Shown here piece by piece: positions 27,161 to 35,241 of a stretch of 64,000 nucleotides of DNA (position 1 is the first letter of the stretch; each line of letters starts with the position of its first letter). The position numbers and the translations under genes are program-made. The DNA is taken from assembly GCA_027007025.1 (NCBI GenBank), contig JALTFL010000005.1, positions 44,911-108,910 on the forward strand, written 5' to 3'. Under the pieces are notes generated by a model, which did no database searches, was not told the origin of the DNA, and saw only the letters and a program-made list of their open reading frames with translations. Origin of the DNA: Nanobdellati archaeon. Its GTDB lineage: Archaea; Nanobdellota; Nanobdellia; CSSed11-243R1.

Positions 27161-27300
27161 ATAAACAAATTTTTCTTTTGAGAAATCTTTTACGCTTAAG
27201 ATATGTTTTATTTCGATAGTAACCCATCACTACAAAGTGTATTTCTTTTATATAAACTTTTTGAAAATAAGAAAAAGAAAAAAGAAGTTCTAAAATTTGT

Positions 27301-27477
27301 TTACAAATCAGTAGGTCTAAGCGTTTTTCTCTTGTTTGCTTTTGCTCTTGCTACCGCCTTTTTGACAATTGCTTCGACTTCTTTTGAGAGACCTTTCAAG
27401 AAGTCACCTGACATATTCATTTTACTTTTCTTTACTACAGCTCTTACTTTTGAGCCGACAACTAACATTTCAGCCAT
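27301..27477 (-). CDS. 58-aa histone-fold-like protein (DUF1931-like), paralog of 25551-25718
   Basis: Hand-translated: MAEMLVVGSKVRAVVKKSKMNMSGDFLKGLSKEVEAIVKKAVARAKANKRKTLRPTDL. SD GGGGGT is upstream. The plus-strand track ORF 27203-27505 is its antisense artefact. Confidence 0.6.
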   Translation of the reverse strand: MAEMLVVGSKVRAVVKKSKMNMSGDFLKGLSKEVEAIVKKAVARAKANKRKTLRPTDL

Positions 27478-27555
27478 TTTTGCTTACCCCCTTTTTATTT
27501 GCTGAATTCAAAGAATAATCCCAATTTTATAAACTTTATGTAGAATGATTTGCAT

Positions 27556-27912
27556 TTATGCAAATCCCATTAAATATCCCTGCAGAGGGTCGCCTCTTCC
27601 AATTCTGGCGTTTGCAATTTGTGCAAGATGAGTTGCCCATTTCTTTCGTATATCTTCACTGACAAGAAATCCTCTTTCTTCCATTTTCTTGGCTATATCT
27701 ATTAAATCTTTTTCAGTTATTGCCTTGTTTTTGTAATAATCTCTTACAACATTCTCGAATATTTTTACTGCAGTTTCACCACCGCCATAATTGCTAAGAT
27801 AACTTATAGCCGCGGAATATGCGCATGACGCATTTAGAATCTCATCAGAAGTTGGATTAAATCTACCTGCCTCTTGGGCTTCTTGAAAATTGTGATATGG
27901 TTTGAGGGACAT
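27556..27912 (-). CDS. hypothetical protein
   Basis: 118 aa with a strong SD (GGGGGAGGAG) upstream. No motif recognised. Confidence 0.5.
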   Translation of the reverse strand: MSLKPYHNFQEAQEAGRFNPTSDEILNASCAYSAAISYLSNYGGGETAVKIFENVVRDYYKNKAITEKDLIDIAKKMEERGFLVSEDIRKKWATHLAQIANARIGRGDPLQGYLMGFA

Positions 27913-27942
27913 TAATTTTTCTCCTCCCCCATCCTTTAACCC

Positions 27943-28089
27943 CTAAATGTATGTTAATACTCTTCCTACTATCTCGCTTTGGTGTGTCTTTTGATATTTC
28001 TTGAGTGCGACTAGTAATAATCCCCATCCAATAAGTACAAGTGGAGACATTCTATAAACCGCATTGATTATATTTTCTACGCTATCCAT
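27943..28089 (-). CDS. possible 48-aa single-TM protein
   Basis: Hand-translated: MDSVENIINAVYRMSPLVLIGWGLLLVALKKYQKTHQSEIVGRVLTYI. A TTTATATA box about 27 nt upstream lies within the palindrome tataaacc-ttat-ggtttata. Confidence 0.3.
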   Translation of the reverse strand: MDSVENIINAVYRMSPLVLIGWGLLLVALKKYQKTHQSEIVGRVLTYI

Positions 28090-28200
28090 ATTTGGGCTAT
28101 TGATAATAGAGTATATAAACCTTATGGTTTATAAGAGACATATTTACCACTAAAAGATAATTAAATTGTCAAAATAAGGATAAAATGGGCTTATTTTTCC

Positions 28201-29544
28201 CTAAAAAGGAAATTTCATGCCTCCTTTTCCGAACCTTTTTGCCATTTTTTGGATGTCTTTTCCCTTGAGGCCTTTCATGAGCTTTTTAATCTGATTGTAT
28301 TGCTTTAAAAGTTCCCTCACCTCGCTTGGCTCCCTTCCGCTTCCTCTTGCGATTCTTTCAATCCTGCTCGATTTTATTATGTCTGGATTTTCGAGTTCTT
28401 CCTGCGTCATGGAGTCCATCATTATCTTGAAAATCTTGAGTTTCTCCTGCTGTACATTGAGCATATCTTTTGGAATTCCCGCCATGCCCATTCCAGGAAT
28501 CATATCTATGACTTTTGAAAGCGGACCCATTTTTGACATGGCTTCTAACTGCGCCTTGAAGTCAAGAAGATTAAACTTTCCGGACATCAGTCTTTTTTCC
28601 ATTTCCTTGTCCGGCGCTTTTTCCTTGGCAATTTCCTTAGCCTTCTCAAGGAGGGTTTCTATGTCACCCATTCCCAACAGGCGCGAGACAAATCGTTTTG
28701 GCTCGAATTCCTCCAAGTCATCTATCCTCTCGCCTACACCTATGAACTTTATTGGCGCCCCCGCTATGGCACAAGCGGTTATGGCTCCGCCACCTTTCGC
28801 GGTTCCGTCCATTTTTGTAAGTATAACTCCGCTTATGTTCAGGGCTTTTTTGAACGCTGTCGCCTGTTCTTTTGCGCCTTGTCCAATGTCCGCCCCCTGC
28901 ACAAGGAGAATTTCGTCAGGTTTTAATTTATCTCTTACAGCTGTTATTTCTTCAATCATGTCTTCCTTGAGGGCGTCCCTTCCTGAAGAATCTGCGATTA
29001 TGACATCATATTTTTTTATTTCGTTTTCGAATTCTTTTATCACATCTACGGGATTTTTTTTGCTCTTGTCACCGAAGACTGGAACGCTTATCTGTTTCCC
29101 AAGCTGGGTAAGCTGCTCGTATGCCGCCGGGCGGAATGTGTCCAGCGCAAGTAAACATACCTTGTTTCCTCTTTTCTTAAAAAATTTGGCAATTTTTGCG
29201 GCGGTTGTCGTCTTTCCGTTTCCGAACAAACCTATAAGCAGAATCTTGAAGGGTTTTTTAGTAATCTCAATTTTGTAGCCTTCTTCGCCGAGAATTTTTA
29301 CTAATTCTTCATATACTATTTTGACAATGTATTCTTTTGCGACTTCCCCCTTACCAATTTCTTCATGGGCTCTTTTCTTTATGTTTTCGCTTATTTTAAA
29401 CACCAAATCTACTGACACGTCTGACTGCAGAAGCGCCCTTTGGATTTCATTAACGAACTGGTTAAGGGTTTTTTCATCTAAGAATATTGAAGATATGAAT
29501 TTCTTCATGCTGCTTTTTAACGCATTAGAGAGTTTGTCTAACAT
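28201..29544 (-). CDS. srp54: signal recognition particle protein SRP54
   Basis: N domain, G domain (GLFGNGKTTT, DTFRPAA, TKMDG) and a Met-rich M domain. Confidence 0.95.
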   Translation of the reverse strand: MLDKLSNALKSSMKKFISSIFLDEKTLNQFVNEIQRALLQSDVSVDLVFKISENIKKRAHEEIGKGEVAKEYIVKIVYEELVKILGEEGYKIEITKKPFKILLIGLFGNGKTTTAAKIAKFFKKRGNKVCLLALDTFRPAAYEQLTQLGKQISVPVFGDKSKKNPVDVIKEFENEIKKYDVIIADSSGRDALKEDMIEEITAVRDKLKPDEILLVQGADIGQGAKEQATAFKKALNISGVILTKMDGTAKGGGAITACAIAGAPIKFIGVGERIDDLEEFEPKRFVSRLLGMGDIETLLEKAKEIAKEKAPDKEMEKRLMSGKFNLLDFKAQLEAMSKMGPLSKVIDMIPGMGMAGIPKDMLNVQQEKLKIFKIMMDSMTQEELENPDIIKSSRIERIARGSGREPSEVRELLKQYNQIKKLMKGLKGKDIQKMAKRFGKGGMKFPF

Positions 29545-29624
29545 AATATTTCATTACATTGTATTCTTTAAAAAGGCTTTTCTGATATAGAAAAGTTTAA
29601 ATTGTCTCATCTTGTAGTGGTATC

Positions 29625-29960
29625 ATGGGGCATTTAGATGATTTGTTAAATATAAAAAATAAATATAACTTGAAAGAGATTGCTGTTTTTTCTCAGAGCG
29701 GACAGGTGTTGGACACAACACAAGATACTGACTTTAAAGTTTTTGATGTTCTCTATGGCGTTCTTGGTGGTGCAGCGGAGCAAATATCTGTTGCTCATAA
29801 GGAAGATATATTTGGGCTTACCCTGACGTTAGAAAACACTGAATTTTTTATATACCCTACGGGAAATCATGTTATAGCATTAGAATATGAATCCAACATG
29901 TTGAACAGAGAAATGTTGAAAAGCATTGTTGAGAGTATAAAAGAATTATATAATCCTTGA
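29625..29960 (+). CDS. small protein, possibly Roadblock/LC7 (MglB-like) fold
   Basis: 111 aa. The pattern IAVFSQSGQVL....GGAAEQIS....LTLENTEFFIYPTGNHVIALEY resembles Roadblock domains. This is a weak call. Confidence 0.4.
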   Translation: MGHLDDLLNIKNKYNLKEIAVFSQSGQVLDTTQDTDFKVFDVLYGVLGGAAEQISVAHKEDIFGLTLTLENTEFFIYPTGNHVIALEYESNMLNREMLKSIVESIKELYNP

Positions 29961-31295
29961 TATCAATTTCTTTTTGTCGAATGGCTCCAAGTCTTTGTAT
30001 CCCTGCCCGACTCCCAAAAATATAATTGGTTTTCTAGATATATAAGAAACTGATAGGATTGCTCCTCCTTTCTGGTCAACGTCAGCCTTTCCAAGTATTA
30101 TTGCGTCAAACCCTATTTTGCCGAATTCTTTCGCCTGCTCGACGGCGTCGTTTCCTGTTAAAGCATCTGCTACGAATATTGTGAAGTCGGGCTTTGCTAC
30201 TCTTTTTATCTTGGCGAGCTCGTCCATTAAATTAGTGTTTGAATGCTGTCTTCCAGCCGAGTCAATCAAAACAACGTCTATGTGGTGTGCCTTTGCGTAT
30301 TCAATTGCGTCAAACGCGACTGCCGCAGGGTCCGCACCATACTGGTGTTTGATTACTTTTACACCAAGATTTTTGGCGTGGATTTCCAGCTGTTCTATTG
30401 ATGCCGCCCTGAAAGTGTCGCTTGCGGAGATTACTGATGTATATCCTTTTTCTTGAAGCCAATAACACATCTTAGCAAGTGTTGTTGTTTTGCCGACTCC
30501 ATTAACTCCGAGGAAAAGAATTTTTGTAGGTTTGTCATTTTTCTTGTTTTCATCTATTTTTTTGATTAATTCGTTTGGGTTCATCTCGAGAAGGATTTCC
30601 TCAAATATTTCTTTTATGGTGTCTACTATTTTGTCTTCGACTTTTCCTCTCTTGACGGGATTATCTACAAGCTCTTTTTTCAGCCTTTCTTTGATTAATG
30701 TTATAACCTCATAAGCTATATTTGCTTCTAAGAATGAGATTTCAAGATTTCTGAAGAATTTTTCAAATTCTTCTTCGGAAAGCTTTTTTTCAAATAAAGG
30801 TAGGATATGCTTTTTTTCAGATTTTTTTGTTTTCGTTTCTTTTTTTCCTTCAGTCTTTTTCTTTCCGAAAATTTTTGAGAACAGCCCTTCCTTTTTTTCT
30901 TTTGGGGTTTCCTCTTCAGTCTTTTCTTCAGCTTCTTCTTGTTTTTCTTCAGGGGATTTCTCTTCAATTTCTTTTTCTTCTTCCTTCAGTTCTTCTTCAA
31001 CTTCTTCAAGGACTTCTTCTTCGATTTTCTTTATTTTTTCTTCTTTTTTGGTTTCAGCGGGTTTTTCTTCAAGCTTCTTTTCTATTTCTTCTACTTCTTC
31101 AACTTCCTTTTTAGTCTCTTCTTTTTGTTCTTCCTCTTTTTGTTGTGGCTGTTCCTCTTTGGGTGCTTCAATTTTCTGTTCTTCTTTTAGCTCCTTTGGT
31201 TTTTCCTCAATTTCTTCCTCTTTTTGAGGTTCATTGAATACTTTTTTTATTCCCTCAACGGATTCCTTTATTTTCTTCTTTAAAAAATCAAACAT
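29946..31295 (-). CDS. ftsY: SRP receptor FtsY with long E/K-rich N-terminal region
   Basis: NG domain (GVNGVGKTTT, DTFRAASIEQL, GKADVDQKGG). The first ~160 aa are an E/K low-complexity stretch. Confidence 0.95.
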   Translation of the reverse strand: MFDFLKKKIKESVEGIKKVFNEPQKEEEIEEKPKELKEEQKIEAPKEEQPQQKEEEQKEETKKEVEEVEEIEKKLEEKPAETKKEEKIKKIEEEVLEEVEEELKEEEKEIEEKSPEEKQEEAEEKTEEETPKEKKEGLFSKIFGKKKTEGKKETKTKKSEKKHILPLFEKKLSEEEFEKFFRNLEISFLEANIAYEVITLIKERLKKELVDNPVKRGKVEDKIVDTIKEIFEEILLEMNPNELIKKIDENKKNDKPTKILFLGVNGVGKTTTLAKMCYWLQEKGYTSVISASDTFRAASIEQLEIHAKNLGVKVIKHQYGADPAAVAFDAIEYAKAHHIDVVLIDSAGRQHSNTNLMDELAKIKRVAKPDFTIFVADALTGNDAVEQAKEFGKIGFDAIILGKADVDQKGGAILSVSYISRKPIIFLGVGQGYKDLEPFDKKKLISRII

Positions 31296-31333
31296 AAGAA
31301 TTCACAAAATCTGTTGTTTTTTAAGGGTTTTGA

Positions 31334-31699
31334 TTAGAATATGGAATATTTTTGTATTTCTTTGTCAATTAATTTCTTAACCGCTTCAAGTTCTTTTATC
31401 TGCGCATCGATTATTTCTTTTGCTTCGTCAATTGTTTTTTCAACAATCACGTTTGAGCCTATATTCACAAGAACTTTCTTGTCGTCTAAAATCTTTCCTT
31501 TCACAAGAACGCCTGTGCCGAATGGAAGAAGCATATCTTTGCCTTTTTGACCCTTTAGATTTTCAAGTCCGTCCTTGATGTATTCCAACTCTGCTCTTTT
31601 GGACTCTATTTCAGAAAGCTGTTTTTCAAGCTCGTTCATGTGCGCCTTGAGTATTTCATTCTCAAACATCGCACGTTTTTCATCTTCATCATTGCTCAT
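31334..31699 (-). CDS. pfdA: prefoldin alpha subunit
   Basis: Coiled coil, beta-hairpin region (LLPFGTGVLVKGKI..VLVNIG), coiled coil. It lies between LX and ftsY, the conserved position. Confidence 0.8.
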   Translation of the reverse strand: MSNDEDEKRAMFENEILKAHMNELEKQLSEIESKRAELEYIKDGLENLKGQKGKDMLLPFGTGVLVKGKILDDKKVLVNIGSNVIVEKTIDEAKEIIDAQIKELEAVKKLIDKEIQKYSIF

Positions 31700-31880
31700 T
31701 TTTGATTTCCTCTACGCTTTCAACTTTGACAAGGTTTTCCTTGCACCTGTAGTTTGAGCCTAGAATTGCTTTCACTTTTGCTATTGCCGCATTTTTTGTG
31801 CTGGCAGAAACAGTTTTACTAAACTTTTGGTATTTGTCCTTTTTTTTGAATTGTCCATTAACTAAAAATTCCATAATCAT
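31689..31880 (-). CDS. rplX: 50S ribosomal protein LX (L18Ae/eL20)
   Basis: FLVNGQFKKKDKYQKFSKTV...KVKAILGSNYRCKENLVKVESVEEI fits the LX pattern and cluster position. Confidence 0.75.
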   Translation of the reverse strand: MIMEFLVNGQFKKKDKYQKFSKTVSASTKNAAIAKVKAILGSNYRCKENLVKVESVEEIKNEQ

Positions 31881-32272
31881 TCACTTTTATTCTCTTCTTT
31901 TGGCTTTTCTTTTGTTTCTTTTTCTTCCTCTTTCTCTTTTTCTGCTGGCGCCTTTTCTTCTTTTTTGGGTTCTTCTTTCTTTACTTCTTTTTTCTTCTTA
32001 GGCGCGTCAGACAAATTAACATAAACTATATTCTCTTCTTTTGTGGCGAGTACGTTGACTTTTGACGGCACTCTTTTTCCGCCTCTTTCCCATATCAACT
32101 CGTTTAATTCCTTGCCTATCTTGACTATTTCTGCTTTCATGTGTCTCTTCATGAAAGAGCGTATTGTAGAAATCGACTTCTTAGCTCTTCTCCATCTTGC
32201 CGTTTTTATAACTGCTTTCCTAAGCGGAACAACATAATTTCTTTCTGATGTTTCATTTTTTTTAGTAGCCAT
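31877..32272 (-). CDS. rpl31e: 50S ribosomal protein L31e with K/E-rich C-terminal extension
   Basis: ERNYVVPLRKA...RWRRAKKSI...ELNELIWERGGKRVPSKVNV, followed by a ~45-aa KKKKEVKKEEPKKEEK tail. Confidence 0.9.
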   Translation of the reverse strand: MATKKNETSERNYVVPLRKAVIKTARWRRAKKSISTIRSFMKRHMKAEIVKIGKELNELIWERGGKRVPSKVNVLATKEENIVYVNLSDAPKKKKEVKKEEPKKEEKAPAEKEKEEEKETKEKPKEENKSE

Positions 32273-32281
32273 AGTTTACAC

Positions 32282-32455
32282 CTATATCTTTAACTTGTTT
32301 CTGCGCCAGTGTCTTCTCTTGTGTGGATTCAATCTCCACCTGTACACCTTTCGCTTTCCAAATTTTTTTAGGATAGCCCAAAATGGTGCTGCCACTGCGC
32401 TTTTTGTCGCCTTGATAAGCTTTAGTTTCCTTGAAATGTGTTTTGTTCTTGCCAT
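32282..32455 (-). CDS. rpl39e: 50S ribosomal protein L39e
   Basis: Hand-translated: MARTKHISRKLKLIKATKSAVAAPFWAILKKFGKRKVYRWRLNPHKRRHWRRNKLKI. Below the track cutoff. Confidence 0.9.
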   Translation of the reverse strand: MARTKHISRKLKLIKATKSAVAAPFWAILKKFGKRKVYRWRLNPHKRRHWRRNKLKI

Positions 32456-32459
32456 TTTG

Positions 32460-32738
32460 TTATCTCCTCAATATCTTGAATTTTTTCTTTTCGCTTATTT
32501 CATTGAGTATACCTATTATTTGGGATTCTGTTATCACTCCGCTTACTTGCCCCATCTGAATTGCTTGAAGCAGAGCATTTTCAACTTTTTCAGCTATTTC
32601 TGGTTTTACTAGCTTGACGCGATTGAGTCTTTCTCTTGCTCTTTTTGTCATGAATTTTAGCATAGCAGCTTTTTTTAGTGCTTCCGTTTGCTGGCGTTCA
32701 ATTTCCTTTTTGTATTCTTCGACATTCACTCTATTCAC
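32460..32738 (-). CDS. PDCD5/TFAR19-like dsDNA-binding protein
   Basis: LKFMTKRARERLNRVKLVKPEIAEKVENALL. It lies between S19e and L39e, the conserved position. Confidence 0.8.
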   Translation of the reverse strand: MNRVNVEEYKKEIERQQTEALKKAAMLKFMTKRARERLNRVKLVKPEIAEKVENALLQAIQMGQVSGVITESQIIGILNEISEKKKFKILRR

Positions 32739-33166
32739 CCTTTATTTATTTGGGTGGCGAGCTTGTCAATCATACTTTTTCCCTTACTTGTTATCATTCT
32801 TCCTTTTTGATTATTAACTGTGACTTTTTTAATCAGTCCTGAAGCTTCAAGTTGCTGAAGGATATTTCTTATTATCTTTCCGCCACCTCTTACGAAGTGT
32901 TTCGGCTTGCTTTTCCTTTTTTTCTTTCCACCGTATTTTACTCTTAGCCTTTGGACTCCTAATGGACGTCCCTGGACATATAACTGCCTCAAAATTGAGG
33001 CTGCGCGAATATACCAGAAATCATCCTGCTCAGGTGGTTTGTTTTTGAAGCTTCCTGTCTTCGTGAATTTTGACCATTCCGGAGCTTTTATCCCATCTAT
33101 CTTTTTGAGTTCATCTTTTAATTTTCCAATAAGTTCATGTGGACTAACATCAAATACTGTTGCCAT
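32735..33166 (-). CDS. rps19e: 30S ribosomal protein S19e
   Basis: MATVFDVSPHELI...PEQDDFWYIRAASILRQLY...GGGKIIRNILQQLE. Start moved to the ATG at 33166. Confidence 0.9.
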   Translation of the reverse strand: MATVFDVSPHELIGKLKDELKKIDGIKAPEWSKFTKTGSFKNKPPEQDDFWYIRAASILRQLYVQGRPLGVQRLRVKYGGKKKRKSKPKHFVRGGGKIIRNILQQLEASGLIKKVTVNNQKGRMITSKGKSMIDKLATQINKG

Positions 33167-33176
33167 AGTAATCTCA

Positions 33177-33491
33177 CTAATTCTTACCCTTTTTAAGCTT
33201 TTCTCTTGTATATGGATATTTTTGGACGTTTCCACAAACAAGACAAGTATATGTTACCCTTAAGTCTTTTTTTTGATACCTTACTCTTGATGTCTTTGAG
33301 GTAAAATATACATTACACTTTTTACAGAATTTTCTTTTATAATCCCTTAAGGATAAATTAAATTTCATAGCGATTTTTCTTGCGAGCTGCACATATCTTC
33401 TGCTTCTATCCAAATTGTCTTTTATGGCTTCCTCGCGAGCCATATCGAAAAGTTTTTTTATCCTCTCTTTGGCAATCTTTCTTTCATTCAT
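33177..33491 (-). CDS. rnp4: RNase P protein component 4 (Rpp21/Rnp4)
   Basis: An N-terminal helical region (RIKKLFDMA...YVQLARKIAMKFN) is followed by a zinc ribbon FCKKC...CLVCG. Confidence 0.8.
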   Translation of the reverse strand: MNERKIAKERIKKLFDMAREEAIKDNLDRSRRYVQLARKIAMKFNLSLRDYKRKFCKKCNVYFTSKTSRVRYQKKDLRVTYTCLVCGNVQKYPYTREKLKKGKN

Positions 33492-33568
33492 AAGATTGGG
33501 TATATACTTATGATTAATAAATATAGCATACAGAAAAATTTATAACTTGAAAATATTATAAATTAAGT

Positions 33569-34138
33569 ATGATATTACCATCTAATAGTAGTACATATAT
33601 AATTGATTTTTTTGATGAAGATATGGCAAGACGAGTATTTGCTGTGCCGAAAGAATATATCCTAAACAAAGAGGGTGTCTTTGATAGCGAAGACAAAAGA
33701 TTTTTGTGGGATATTGTTAATAATATCTTCTCAGATATACCTTCTTGGGCGTTTAAAGTTTCTTCTTTAGAAACACTCAATGATGTTGAAGCGTATTTGA
33801 AAAATATCGGAGATTATATACCTTTTTCAATGTATAACATCGAAAGCGGAGGATTTTCTTTTCCGCGGACGGTTGAAGATTTCTTGGAATACACCGGGTT
33901 AAAGAATCATTACTTGAAACCGTTAGCTGAAGATGACCCTCGTGTAGAGTTTGAAAACTTAACTGGAGAAATTGAGGGGCTTCCACACAGGTTAGAAACA
34001 ATAAGGGATTTTTATTCCGGATTTACAAAGAAGATTAGTGGGGTATATCACATCACTAAACTTCCGCTAATCATAACGTTGGATGAAAGAGAATTTATTC
34101 CCGGTTTTATCGAAATTAATGATCAACTTAAAATATGA
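33569..34138 (+). CDS. hypothetical protein
   Basis: 189-aa ORF. No motif recognised. Confidence 0.45.
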   Translation: MILPSNSSTYIIDFFDEDMARRVFAVPKEYILNKEGVFDSEDKRFLWDIVNNIFSDIPSWAFKVSSLETLNDVEAYLKNIGDYIPFSMYNIESGGFSFPRTVEDFLEYTGLKNHYLKPLAEDDPRVEFENLTGEIEGLPHRLETIRDFYSGFTKKISGVYHITKLPLIITLDEREFIPGFIEINDQLKI

Positions 34139-34139
34139 G

Positions 34140-34256
34140 TGCCCGCAGCTATGCTGCCTTCCCTGCCAAGGGCAAGTACAAACAGCACCGCGAAAGGGCT
34201 TAACTTCTGGGTTCGAAATGGGACCAGGTGTTTCCCCTTTCCTATGACCGCGAGCA
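34140..34256 (-). rRNA. rrf: 5S ribosomal RNA
   Basis: The minus strand reads ...CACCUGGUCCCAUUUCGAACCCAGAAGUUAAGCC..., the conserved 5S loop B/helix III core. The termini UGCUCGCGG and CUGCGGGCA pair (9 bp including G-U). It is a local GC-rich island. Confidence 0.9.
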
Positions 34257-34312
34257 ATTTAATTATCTTCAAAGGCATTTATAAAGTTTATGATTTTATT
34301 GTATAAAACTTT

Positions 34313-35239
34313 TTATACCACATAAGCATAAAGCAAAGGTAGCAAAATTGTCGCGTCGCCCGGTATAGTTACCTGCTTCGCGTCTTCTCGGACTTTTCCC
34401 CATGAGATTGCCTCGCGCACTCTTGCACCTGACAAGCTGCCGTCCCACTCAACTGCGGTTGTTATCTGCACAGCATAATCTAGTCCTTCCCTGAATTGGT
34501 TCCACCAGATAACATGGTGCTTCGAGATTCCTCCGCCAAGCATGAGGGCGCCCGTCTTTTTTGCAGAATAAACTATATCTGATAATGCATGTTCATCTTC
34601 AAGTAAATTTATTTTAAGGTCTTTATGCATCTGCCAGAAAAGCCATATTTGACTTCCAAAGGCGCCGTCTGTTATCCCGGGAACAAAAACAGGTATTTGG
34701 TTTTTCCACGCCCAATATAAGATAGATTCTTCTGCCTTCGGCTCGTCTTTAATTGCTTCTCCGAATGCCCAAATCAAGTCGCGGGTGTTCCACTCTTTCC
34801 TTTGCTCGTAAAGTTTTTGCAGAATAGGTTGCATTTTTTCTTCAAGTATTATACCATATGATTCGTTTGGGACAAAAACATTTCCGAGGCGGTTTACGCC
34901 CTCTTTGTGCAGTTCCCTGTCGTCGGCGAAGAAAGTTCCTTTGTAATAATCTTTCCAAATTCTCGCCAAATCATGGTCAAGCGTTCCACAAGTTGTTATG
35001 ATAACATCAACCATCCTATCTTTTACCATATCTTTTACTACACCACGCATCCCTGTGGCGATTGTGCATGCGGGAAATGAAAAGAATTTTACACAATCCT
35101 TGTCGTCCTGCATCTCTTTAAATATCTTTACTCCGTCAGCAAACATTTTGGCTGAAAATCCACCGCTTTCTTCAAATTGATTTATTAAATCTTTCACAGT
35201 TTGATTTTTGGTTATTTTTATATCTTTTATTGGTTGCAT
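34313..35239 (-). CDS. dys: deoxyhypusine synthase
   Basis: Family-typical TCGTLDHD, GGGISKHH and EAISWGK. Confidence 0.9.
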   Translation of the reverse strand: MQPIKDIKITKNQTVKDLINQFEESGGFSAKMFADGVKIFKEMQDDKDCVKFFSFPACTIATGMRGVVKDMVKDRMVDVIITTCGTLDHDLARIWKDYYKGTFFADDRELHKEGVNRLGNVFVPNESYGIILEEKMQPILQKLYEQRKEWNTRDLIWAFGEAIKDEPKAEESILYWAWKNQIPVFVPGITDGAFGSQIWLFWQMHKDLKINLLEDEHALSDIVYSAKKTGALMLGGGISKHHVIWWNQFREGLDYAVQITTAVEWDGSLSGARVREAISWGKVREDAKQVTIPGDATILLPLLYAYVV

Positions 35240-35241
35240 TT

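Noticed and set aside
25758-27211. Presence of pyrBI considered as possible evidence of horizontal acquisition in a reduced genome.
   Set aside because: Composition and SD usage look like the rest of the window. I cannot assess the rest of the pyrimidine pathway or the phylogeny without searches.
27203-27505. 100-aa plus-strand ORF listed in the track.
   Set aside because: It is hydrophobic and low-complexity, and it lies antisense to a much better small gene (histone-fold-like, SD-led) on the minus strand.
28295-29278. 327-aa plus-strand ORF, the longest ORF in the track that I did not annotate.
   Set aside because: It is exactly antisense to SRP54, whose motifs are unambiguous. Its product is S/F/L/I-rich low complexity, typical of a shadow frame. 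The same applies to 18523-18945, 10618-10983 and 13942-14523.
30827-31190. Repetitive ttcttc/ttttc DNA with F/L-rich plus-strand ORFs. Checked as a possible tandem repeat or CRISPR-like array.
   Set aside because: It is the antisense of the E/K-rich N-terminal region of FtsY (gaa/aag codon runs). There are no regular repeat-spacer units.
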